A DNA stretch of 58,636 nt from Candidatus Cloacimonadota bacterium (lineage in GTDB: Bacteria > Cloacimonadota > Cloacimonadia > Cloacimonadales > Cloacimonadaceae), in NCBI GenBank assembly GCA_029982875.1, contig JARRCD010000001.1:1-58636 (forward strand), written 5' to 3'. Made by a program: the position numbers and the translations under genes. Shown here in pieces: positions 1 to 7,573 of the stretch. The notes beneath the pieces are model-generated. The model did not search any database, was not told where the DNA came from, and saw nothing but the letters and a program-made list of their open reading frames with translations. Position 1 is the stretch's first letter, and the number at the start of each line of letters is the position of its first letter.

Positions 1-116
1 AGTCAAGGTCTCAAAAAACCAAATCATACGCAAAGTCAAAGTGTAGAGTTTAGTGCCCAAAATAAAAATCGGAGCATATATATCAATACGTTAGAAGAAA
101 TTTTGCTCAACTTCGG

Positions 117-1163
117 TTAGTCCCCCAATTCAGCAGTAAAGATCAGGTCCGTTCCGTCCCATGAGGGACTGAGACTATAGAATCCTTTTATCTTTTTGCC
201 TTTGAAGGTGTCGGAAATGATTCTTTCCCGCGTCCCGGTTTCAAGATCCCATCTATAGATACTAGTATCTTTGGTATAATACAATACGTTTGCCGTTCTT
301 GCCAAAGCTGCTTGTCCGGTTCCGCAAATTTCGCTCCAGAGCATTGAGCTATTATCCCGCACCAGCAGGTGCCCGTTTTCCAAGAACCCTTGCGGTGGTT
401 TGTGGGTAACTATAAAACGTTCATCATTACTCAGATACAGGTTTAGATTGTAGTACCATACAATTGGGACCAAAGCCTGGTTGAATGCATTATTTATGCT
501 AATGCTGTAAAGCGCGCCTTCGCCCTGGTAATAGTTTGTCTCATTGTATCTCACATAGTATACCGTGCCAAACTTAGGGATGTAAACTGCTTGGGTAGCA
601 GTGGGTTCAGCATTATCCAGATGAACCAAGGTGCTGTCATTCAGGTTCATAACGACCGGATACCCTGGGTTGATAGTTCCGGATAGGCTGCGGATCATAA
701 CAAGATAATTTCCGTCTGCTGTCAGCCTGGGAGAATGCACTGCAAATCCCAGATCGGAAGTGATCTTCTCGTAGCTGCTATTATTCAAATCGAAACGATA
801 GATAGAGCCGGACATAGCGAACCACAAATAGCGTCCGTCTTCGCTAAAATACGGAATGTGGGTGGTATAATTCGTCGGAATATAGCCACTTATAGGATAA
901 AAGCCAGTGAAATCAGGTTCTCCTTTCCAGAAGTAATCTCTGTAAATGAGAACCTTACCATCTTTTGTGCGATGGATCTGACTGTCAGAATAGCTCAGAA
1001 TCCCATCTTCAGGTCTTAGCAGCAGGGTTTTGTTTCTCTGTGCATCATAGCGACAGTAGTAAGCCTTGTAAGTCAAATCCGGTGAGACCAGATCCTTGAT
1101 GTCGCAAGAAACTATCAATATTGCCAGGAGCATCAGCCCGATGATTCTAAGGCATGGTTTCAT
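117..1163 (-). CDS. putative lipoprotein with TolB/PD40-like beta-propeller repeats
   Basis: ORF 117..1202. I moved the start to ATG 1163 (MKPCLRIIGLMLLAILIVSC, signal peptide plus lipobox Cys). This start overlaps the stop of the upstream gene by 4 nt (ATGA). The body is repetitive Y/W/G-rich beta-strand segments. No catalytic motif recognised. Confidence 0.55.
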   Translation of the reverse strand: MKPCLRIIGLMLLAILIVSCDIKDLVSPDLTYKAYYCRYDAQRNKTLLLRPEDGILSYSDSQIHRTKDGKVLIYRDYFWKGEPDFTGFYPISGYIPTNYTTHIPYFSEDGRYLWFAMSGSIYRFDLNNSSYEKITSDLGFAVHSPRLTADGNYLVMIRSLSGTINPGYPVVMNLNDSTLVHLDNAEPTATQAVYIPKFGTVYYVRYNETNYYQGEGALYSISINNAFNQALVPIVWYYNLNLYLSNDERFIVTHKPPQGFLENGHLLVRDNSSMLWSEICGTGQAALARTANVLYYTKDTSIYRWDLETGTRERIISDTFKGKKIKGFYSLSPSWDGTDLIFTAELGD

Positions 1164-2140
1164 GGGTAACACACCATCATATAGACTTTTGTGCCATCCC
1201 AACTAACTGCTACTTTTCCCAGATCTCTAATAGCTTTTCCTTTCAATTCTCTGGAATAGGCAATTCGCCCGGTGCCACTTTCATAATTATAATACATTGC
1301 TTTATAGAAACCATTGTAGATTATCACGGGTACAGTTTTGGCCAGGCTGTAATTTTCAACATCTATATAAGTATGATTAGCCTGCTCCATATTCAAAAAG
1401 TAAACACGACGCTTAGACCCGGTTTGGGTACTACTTGTTACTAAAAACCTATCATCAGAAGTGAGATCAAGCCTGCCATCAGGAGAAAACTGGATTTCCT
1501 GGACTGGATTATTATCTGACAGGCTGGCAGAATAGAGCCCTGTATTTGTTACATAATACAGGCGCTGGGTTTCAGAGTGAAACACAGCGTTTTTCACACT
1601 TGATGTCCCGGACGAATGCTCGTAAATGGAACCGGTTTGCAGGTCTTTTAAATATATCTTTCGATTGGGACTATTGGTGATATTGATGCAGCTCAGATAT
1701 CTGCCATCTAAGCTAATCTTTGGATTTGCATAGATTTGATCAGGGTCATCAGTCACTTTCTGAAGTTCTGTCCCATCGGGAGAAACTCTATAAATGCCAT
1801 TATTGGCAGCAAAATATACCCACAATCCATCTGTGCTGAAAGAAACTGAAGACTCCGGATCTACTACCAGTGAATCAGGACTTATCTGTCTGCAAAAGCT
1901 GAAGCTGGGATCTGTTTGAAATAGCGCGGTAGCAATTTTTATCATCTCACCCGTTGATGTGTAGTGGTTCAGTCCCAGCGCTTCAAAGTTAGAAGTGAGT
2001 AGATGACGACTAATAGTCCGGTTTGTAGTATAAGCCTCCACCCGGTATTCAGCTAAAAACCCCATATCGTTTGGCATTTCACAAGAAACAAGAGTGATGA
2101 GAACCAGCAGGTTGAACACCGCAAATACAAGCTTTTTCAT
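1160..2140 (-). CDS. putative lipoprotein with TolB/PD40-like beta-propeller repeats (tandem paralogue)
   Basis: 326-aa ORF. The N-terminus MKKLVFAVFNLLVLITLVSC is a lipoprotein signal. Segments such as SFSTDGLWVYFAANNGIYRVSPDGTELQKVTDD fit the PD40 repeat pattern. A GAGGA Shine-Dalgarno lies about 10 nt upstream. Confidence 0.6.
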   Translation of the reverse strand: MKKLVFAVFNLLVLITLVSCEMPNDMGFLAEYRVEAYTTNRTISRHLLTSNFEALGLNHYTSTGEMIKIATALFQTDPSFSFCRQISPDSLVVDPESSVSFSTDGLWVYFAANNGIYRVSPDGTELQKVTDDPDQIYANPKISLDGRYLSCINITNSPNRKIYLKDLQTGSIYEHSSGTSSVKNAVFHSETQRLYYVTNTGLYSASLSDNNPVQEIQFSPDGRLDLTSDDRFLVTSSTQTGSKRRVYFLNMEQANHTYIDVENYSLAKTVPVIIYNGFYKAMYYNYESGTGRIAYSRELKGKAIRDLGKVAVSWDGTKVYMMVCYP

Positions 2141-2395
2141 TGCTTCGTTATCCTCACAACATTATCGGAATTCGTTGTCATCTTCCATCCACCTAAATAA
2201 TAATACAAGCCAATCTCTCGGAAAACAATAGTTGAGTCTCAAATGTTGGTGTAAATTCCAACTCATTGTTTCTCAAGTTATTTGAGGACATTCTTACTAT
2301 CCTCGTTTCTTACACTCTATATAAGGTCAAGCAACCTGTTGCATTTGTTTTTATCTTTATTCCCCTGTCAAGTGATATTTTCAAAGTAACCTTGT

Positions 2396-2458
2396 TGCGA
2401 CAGGCTGGAACCCTGCGGAGGAGGCGTAACCGAAGGAGCAGGGTTCCAGTCTGTTGCG
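2396..2458 (+). other. 63-nt hairpin (21-bp stem, 21-nt purine-rich loop); candidate structured RNA
   Basis: 2396..2416 pairs with 2438..2458 over 21 consecutive positions: 18 Watson-Crick plus 3 G:U pairs. The G:U pairs are valid only on the + strand. The loop is GGAGGAGGCGTAACCGAAGGA. Confidence 0.4.
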
Positions 2459-2485
2459 CATTGCCTCAAATGGTAAGTGTAAACC

Positions 2486-2809
2486 CTCACTTAAAACTTC
2501 AAATTGCTCTACTTGGACAATTAATGCTATCACATTACTGGTAAGCAAGATATGACATATAAACCTGTTTTGTTCGAATTGGACTTTCCCATGTCATGCA
2601 ACCCAGTTTAATCACCAAAACTTCAAATCTACCACCGTTTATTGAAGCACTTGGACATTCCCTATGGTTTTGCCGAATCCAGTGCTATATACACAATAAA
2701 ATGATCTGAAAGAAGTTAACATATTTCGAACATTCGACTCGTCTGGCTCATCATCTCTTGGACTTGGAAATTTGAAGTCTTGGTGATGAAATTTGAAGTT
2801 TTCAGTGAG
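2486..2809. repeat. nested inverted repeats with AAACTTCAAAT core
   Basis: 2486..2505 (ctcacttaaaacttcaaatt) matches the reverse complement of 2790..2809 at 19/20. 2611..2628 (atcaccaaaacttcaaat) matches the reverse complement of 2770..2787 at 17/18. TTGGAC is reiterated between the arms. Confidence 0.6.
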
Positions 2810-2914
2810 AGTCCATAATCAGAGCTCCATATTTTGACTTATGATTCAGCGGCCTGGATATTATTCCCAATATTTAGAGATAGACGGCAAATTGTAGCAA
2901 ATCAAAAAATCTGC

Positions 2915-2944
2915 TTGACAAGTAATACCTATCCTTCATATATA
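2915..2944 (+). promoter_or_regulatory. sigma70-like promoter candidate for the outer-membrane protein gene
   Basis: TTGACA at 2915..2920, a 17-18 nt spacer, then ATATAT/TATATA at 2938..2944. TAAGGAG follows at 2956..2962 and the ATG at 2968. Confidence 0.45.
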
Positions 2945-2967
2945 GAAAAAACCAGTAAGGAGTTCAG

Positions 2968-3504
2968 ATGTTAAGAAAGCTGTTCATTGTCCTCTTCCTC
3001 ATTGTCCTTGCTCAATTGTCTGCTATGGATAAATACAATAGCGCAATGGGTATTCATATTGGAGCATCCACAGGAAATGGCTATAGCTTCAGAAAGTGGG
3101 GGGAAACATCCGCTTATCAATTGACCTTTTCAGCCTATGCAACCGGGGAAAAAGATCCGAACTACACTTCCTCTGATTTTACTGATCATGACTACCGAAA
3201 TGCCAGGAAGATGAACATCACCTTTGGTGGAAACTATCTCTGGGGCTTGCTTACTGCTGATAACTACAATTTTTATTTGATGACAGGTATGTCTTACACC
3301 TTCCGTAAAGTGAAGCGATATTACTCTGTTGTTGACAGCAAATTTGTAAGAGACGATCGCTGGGCAATAGGTGTAGGCCCAGGTTTTGAAGTTGAGTTTT
3401 CGGATCGATTCCACTTATCCATCGAGCTGCCTATTACTTACAAACAAAACGATGATATCACAATGTATATCCCCTGTGCAGGTTTTTACTATTATTTCAA
3501 ATAA
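2968..3504 (+). CDS. small outer-membrane beta-barrel protein (hypothetical)
   Basis: 178-aa ORF with a strong SD (TAAGGAG) 5 nt upstream. Signal peptide MLRKLFIVLFLIVLAQLSA. Alternating aromatic/small residues throughout, and an aromatic C-terminus (GFYYYFK) typical of OMP barrels. Confidence 0.6.
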   Translation: MLRKLFIVLFLIVLAQLSAMDKYNSAMGIHIGASTGNGYSFRKWGETSAYQLTFSAYATGEKDPNYTSSDFTDHDYRNARKMNITFGGNYLWGLLTADNYNFYLMTGMSYTFRKVKRYYSVVDSKFVRDDRWAIGVGPGFEVEFSDRFHLSIELPITYKQNDDITMYIPCAGFYYYFK

Positions 3505-3721
3505 TTAGTGGAGACAATCGCACGAATACAGAAATCGAAGGTGGTTGATGGAAAAATTGCAGGCGGCAAGATGGTGCTTTTACATTAATCAGGAAGAAAA
3601 GCAAAACCACCCAGATTTATCGGCAAAAAAAAATGCAACCTCACAAAACGAGGACATTTTGCTGCCCCTGATTAGCTCATATTTTGAGCTTGGTTTTGAC
3701 TCAGGTTCGAGTCCAGATTCT

Positions 3722-3757
3722 CTCACTCTCAGGACTTGATCTGGACTTAATCTGGAG
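3722..3757 (+). repeat. partial third copy of the 11-bp direct-repeat element (AGGACTTGATC TGGACTTAATC TGGAG)
   Basis: ctcactctc aggacttgatc tggacttaatc tggag aligns with the core of 24612..24663 and 43263..43314. It lies in a convergent intergenic region. Confidence 0.5.
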
Positions 3758-3817
3758 TGATAAACAAGATTGGTAGAAGCGCAAAGAGGCTGGAAGCAAA
3801 AGAATCAGATTTTCAGT

Positions 3818-4408
3818 TCAATACTCCGGATAGTAATAATCCTCAATTTCGAGGCTATCAGGTTCGGGTTCAGCTCCTTTACTGAGGATGAGGCGAATCA
3901 GCGATTTCTTTTCCACTTTGGATCCCGGTTTGGGATTTGAGGTCAAAACAGCATTGCGATCAATGCTCTCATCATAGACAGAATCTACAATTGTGCTTCT
4001 CAAGTCATAATTCCTGAGCATTACCATGGCTTCCTGAAAACTTGAACCTCGCACATCCGGAACCTGTACCATCTTGCTACCTTTACTGATTACCAAGTGT
4101 ACTGCGCCATCTTCGTTGATCTTGGTGCCGGCCTGGGGAGATTGATCCAGGATTTGATCGATCTTTGCGCTTTCGCTGTAGAGGGAATCCTCCACGACCG
4201 CATGTAGTTTGAGATCATTGAGCATACGTTTTGCCTGCGCCAGACTGACTCCGACCAGCTCGGGAATTTCCACTTTCTTAGGTTTGCCGATGGCGAGAGG
4301 AAAAATGATCTGACCAAAGATAAAGGCCGTTACAAAGATGATCCCAACTGCGATTCCCAGCATATAAGCCCATTTTTTTACGCGGAATTTGCTCACGATC
4401 AGCCTCAC
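3818..4408 (-). CDS. membrane-anchored PASTA-domain protein (no kinase or PBP domain)
   Basis: The GTG start overlaps the rsmB stop (GTGA). There is one TM helix (WAYMLGIAVGIIFVTAFIFGQIIF). Two PASTA-like repeats follow (VEIPELVGVSLAQAKRML...VHLVISKG and VQVPDVRGSSFQEAMVML...IRLILSKG), then an acidic tail. Confidence 0.75.
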   Translation of the reverse strand: MRLIVSKFRVKKWAYMLGIAVGIIFVTAFIFGQIIFPLAIGKPKKVEIPELVGVSLAQAKRMLNDLKLHAVVEDSLYSESAKIDQILDQSPQAGTKINEDGAVHLVISKGSKMVQVPDVRGSSFQEAMVMLRNYDLRSTIVDSVYDESIDRNAVLTSNPKPGSKVEKKSLIRLILSKGAEPEPDSLEIEDYYYPEY

Positions 4409-5721
4409 TTCAGCTTTTGCAGCTTAGCAGCAAAAGCACCGTCCATCTGATGTTTGAAGGGGATAGTCTTCAAAAATCCTTTTTCGGTATAGGTTTTGGG
4501 GATATAGCGTTCTGCGGGAACCAGCTCAAACTTGACATTCTTGGCCAAAAACCGCAGCACTTGCTGCTCATTTTCCTGAGGATTCATGGTGCAAGTGGAA
4601 TAGAGCAAATAGCCACCGGGTTTGACGAAATTCGCCGCGTGCTCCAATGCTTTCTCCTGCAGTTTTATCAAATTCGGGATATCATTGTGTGCTTGCCAAC
4701 GCAGATCGGCTTTGCGGGAGAATACACCCCAACCGGAGCAGGGAGCATCCACCAAGACCCGATCATAAGCAGGAGCGACAGGACCGTATTTAAGCGCATC
4801 AGTGGTAATCTGGATGATATTGCTCAGTTGCAAGCGGTCTGCGGCTTGTTTAAGGAGTTTCATCTTCTTGGGAATCTTATCCACAGCAATCACTTCACCT
4901 GTGTTTTGCATGAGCTCTGAGATATATGTACATTTACCGCCCGGAGCGGCAAAGAGGTCCAAGACAGATTGTTCGGGTTTGGGATCCAGCAATTCCGCCA
5001 CCAAAGCCGCCGATGTATCCTGTACCGAGAAATAACCTTCCGAAAAGGCTACATCCTCAAGCACAGCAGCTGCCTGATGTGTGGTATACATCATCTTGCT
5101 GGCCGGACAGGGTTTGATCTCGATATTTCGGCGTTGAAAGTATTTTTGCAATTTCTCTCCGGTGGTAGCTACGGAGTTTACCCTAATGTGCAAAGCTGGG
5201 TTTTCATTGAAATACATGGCCAGATACTCGGTATCTTCTTCGCCAAAGAGCTTGATCCAGGTTTCAATCAAATCCAGGGGATATGAGTGTTCATAGGCAA
5301 TTCTCTGCACCGGATCTGCGGGATACTGGGTTTTATCTTCTCGGAGATAAGCTCGCAGCACTGCATTCACAAAATCTGCCACCTGTTCCGAAAACATGGA
5401 TTTTGCCAGCGCAACCGTCTCATTCACCGCCGCATGGGCGGGAATTTTATCCAGATATATGATCTGATACAATCCCAAATAGAGCAGTACCTTGATCTTG
5501 AGATCGGTGTTTTTATACTTTTGTGCTTCAGTATAATGACTCAGGATAAAATCCAGCTTTTGCCGCATCTTGATCACGCCCTTGACAGTGGTATAAAAAA
5601 GACTGATCTCTTCATTATAGTTTTTCAGTTTTTTGGCCCTTTGTTGCAGTAATGTATCCGAAAAATCTCCATTTTTAAGCACCTTGTAGATGGTGGTATA
5701 GGCCTCGTAGCGAAAGTTCAT
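4405..5721 (-). CDS. rsmB: 16S rRNA (cytosine967-C5)-methyltransferase RsmB/Sun
   Basis: NusB-like N-terminal region. SAM motif FAAPGGKCTY. Catalytic motifs DAPCSGWGVF and YSTCTM. The start overlaps the ruvA stop (ATGA). Confidence 0.9.
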   Translation of the reverse strand: MNFRYEAYTTIYKVLKNGDFSDTLLQQRAKKLKNYNEEISLFYTTVKGVIKMRQKLDFILSHYTEAQKYKNTDLKIKVLLYLGLYQIIYLDKIPAHAAVNETVALAKSMFSEQVADFVNAVLRAYLREDKTQYPADPVQRIAYEHSYPLDLIETWIKLFGEEDTEYLAMYFNENPALHIRVNSVATTGEKLQKYFQRRNIEIKPCPASKMMYTTHQAAAVLEDVAFSEGYFSVQDTSAALVAELLDPKPEQSVLDLFAAPGGKCTYISELMQNTGEVIAVDKIPKKMKLLKQAADRLQLSNIIQITTDALKYGPVAPAYDRVLVDAPCSGWGVFSRKADLRWQAHNDIPNLIKLQEKALEHAANFVKPGGYLLYSTCTMNPQENEQQVLRFLAKNVKFELVPAERYIPKTYTEKGFLKTIPFKHQMDGAFAAKLQKLK

Positions 5722-6320
5722 TTTGCCCTCTGATAGAGTCTTTTAATCACTTCTTTGATCAATTGCTCGGTGGGCAGATTCAATTCGGATTCATTTAAGA
5801 GCTTGAGTTCACGCTGAATAGCGGCGAGATTGAAGCCCAGAGCCAAAAGCGCCTCCTCTACTTCCTGCAGAGCTCCTTCGGCCAGCACTACCTGAGATTC
5901 ATCTACAAAGTCCATCAGCTTGTGAATATTATCCTTAAGTTCTACTATCAGGCGCTGCGCACTCTTTTTGCCAATGCCCGGAACTTTGATCAGCAGCCCT
6001 TCTTCCGCATTAAGAATGCTCTTGATAAAGGCAGGAATGCTCAAAGTAGAGAGGATGGAAATGGCTATTTTGGGACCAATCCCACTGACTTTGGTTAATT
6101 GAGTGAAGAGTTCCCGCTCTGCGAGCGAAGCAAAGCCATAAATCCGGACGTCATCCTGCGAGAAGCTGAGATAAGCGTATAAAGAGCATTCCTGCCCCAC
6201 TTTGGGAAGTGTCTCATAAGTAGAAACGGGAATCTTGAGTTCCCAGCCCATGCCCATGGTTTCGATTACTGCATTCACGGGACTTTTTTGGGTAAGGATA
6301 CCCTTTATATAATGGATCAT
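5718..6320 (-). CDS. ruvA: Holliday junction branch-migration complex subunit RuvA
   Basis: MIHYIKGIL... N-terminus. HhH motifs (VSGIGPKIAISIL, VPGIGKKSAQRLIVELK). 200 aa. Overlaps the ruvC stop by 4 nt. Confidence 0.9.
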   Translation of the reverse strand: MIHYIKGILTQKSPVNAVIETMGMGWELKIPVSTYETLPKVGQECSLYAYLSFSQDDVRIYGFASLAERELFTQLTKVSGIGPKIAISILSTLSIPAFIKSILNAEEGLLIKVPGIGKKSAQRLIVELKDNIHKLMDFVDESQVVLAEGALQEVEEALLALGFNLAAIQRELKLLNESELNLPTEQLIKEVIKRLYQRAK

Positions 6321-6802
6321 AATTCTTTATCCCACTTAATCCGATTGTAGTGAGTAGTCGCAATGGCCAAGGCATCGTAAGCGTCATCGCGTTTGTTTTT
6401 GGGGTTAAGATCATACAATTGATGGATCATGTATCTTACCTGAGTTTTACTGGCAGCACCCGTACCCACCACTGCTTTCTTAACTTCCCGGGGAGAATAC
6501 TCTGTGACCGGAATGCCTTTTTGAGCCAAAGCCAGCAGGATCACGCCGCGAGCATGTCCCAGGGTAAATACGCTTTTGATATGTTTTTGAAAAAACATCG
6601 ATTCCACTGCTGCACAATCAGGATGATACTCGCCAAGGATGTCCATGATGGAGTTATAAAGCAACCGCAGTCTATCTCCCAGAGTAGGTTCGCGACTTAC
6701 ATCGAATACGTCGCAACCCGCCGCAATTACTTTTCTGTGCTCAAGCTGAATGAGACCGTAACCGCAATAGCGACTGCCAGGGTCTATCCCCACAATCATC
6801 AT
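6317..6802 (-). CDS. ruvC: crossover junction endodeoxyribonuclease RuvC
   Basis: MMIVGIDPGSRYCGYG N-terminus with the catalytic Asp. AVESMFF and DAYDALAIA motifs. 161 aa. Confidence 0.9.
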   Translation of the reverse strand: MMIVGIDPGSRYCGYGLIQLEHRKVIAAGCDVFDVSREPTLGDRLRLLYNSIMDILGEYHPDCAAVESMFFQKHIKSVFTLGHARGVILLALAQKGIPVTEYSPREVKKAVVGTGAASKTQVRYMIHQLYDLNPKNKRDDAYDALAIATTHYNRIKWDKEL

Positions 6803-6808
6803 GGAAGT

Positions 6809-7558
6809 CTAATCCTGCACCAATGTATCCATTACCTCGTCTGAGATTTCGTAGTTGGCATAGACCTTTTGCACGTCATCCAGATCCTCAAGCATATCAA
6901 TCAGCTTCATCAGCTTCGGCGCCACATCATCCGCATTGATGGTATTTTTGGGCACACGGATCAATTCAGCATTCTCCACGGGGAAACCAGCATCTTCCAT
7001 ATTTGCCAAAACGCTGTGAAACTCGGTAGGCGAAGTATAGATATCAAAATACTCATCACCCATTTCCACATCCTCAGCTCCGGCTTCAAGAGCCTGCATC
7101 AAAAATTCTTCTTCGTCCAAGCCTGCTACAGGAACGTTGAAAAAACCTTTCATTTCAAAATTCCAGGAGACAGCCCCAGTTTCCGCCAAGTTCCCGCCGT
7201 ATTTTGCGAAAGTATGGCGCAGATCAGCCACCGTGCGGTTCTTGTTGTCGGTCATCACATCTATAACGATCCCGACTCCATTGTGTCCATAGCCTTCGTA
7301 GGTGATCTCTTCGTAGTTTACACCTTCGATCTCACCGGTGCCACGCTTGATCGCCCGCTCGATATTTTCACGGGGCATATTAGCGTTCTTCGCAGTCAAT
7401 ATCGCGGTGCGTAAACGGGGATTAGTCTCCGGATCTCCTCCCCCATTTTTGGCGGCCAGAATTATCTCTTTTACAATTCGCGTAAATACTTTACCGCGCT
7501 TGGCATCAGCAGCGCCTTTTTTATGCTTGATCGAGCTCCACTTATTGTGTCCGGACAT
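6809..7558 (-). CDS. YebC/PmpR family DNA-binding transcriptional regulator
   Basis: MSGHNKWSSIKHKKGAADAKRGKVFTR... is the canonical YebC N-terminus. 249 aa. A GAGAGG SD lies upstream. Confidence 0.9.
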   Translation of the reverse strand: MSGHNKWSSIKHKKGAADAKRGKVFTRIVKEIILAAKNGGGDPETNPRLRTAILTAKNANMPRENIERAIKRGTGEIEGVNYEEITYEGYGHNGVGIVIDVMTDNKNRTVADLRHTFAKYGGNLAETGAVSWNFEMKGFFNVPVAGLDEEEFLMQALEAGAEDVEMGDEYFDIYTSPTEFHSVLANMEDAGFPVENAELIRVPKNTINADDVAPKLMKLIDMLEDLDDVQKVYANYEISDEVMDTLVQD

Positions 7559-7573
7559 ACATACCTCTCTATC

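Noticed and set aside
2417-2443. An SRP (4.5S) RNA helix-8-like sequence (CGAAGGAGCAGGG vs GGAAGGAAGCAGCC) at the tip of the 2396..2458 hairpin.
   Set aside because: I cannot draw a closed GNAR tetraloop or the symmetric/asymmetric loop pair. The GUAA in the loop is flanked by a C:C mismatch. The similarity is confined to a purine run.
2266-2544. A 92-aa + strand ORF in the long spacer.
   Set aside because: It has no SD. It contains an RRRRNRRSR run produced by reading through the hairpin. The region is better explained as non-coding structure.
2581-2589. GGAAAGTCC on the - strand, identical to the core of the RNase P RNA CR-I motif (GAGGAAAGUCCGGGC).
   Set aside because: Only the 9-mer matches. 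No CR-V-like ACAGAAnCCGGCUUA lies ~300 nt downstream on that strand. The region is AT-rich, and the flanks do not form P4.
3704-3714. GGTTCGAGTCC, a tRNA/tmRNA T-loop-like motif, in the convergent spacer.
   Set aside because: The flanking bases give only a 2-bp T stem (then an A:A clash). There is no acceptor stem and no CCA, so it is not a tRNA or tmRNA 3' domain.
4877-4885. An isolated perfect DnaA box TTATCCACA inside rsmB.
   Set aside because: About 0.45 chance occurrences are expected per window. It is a single box inside a coding region with no neighbouring boxes.
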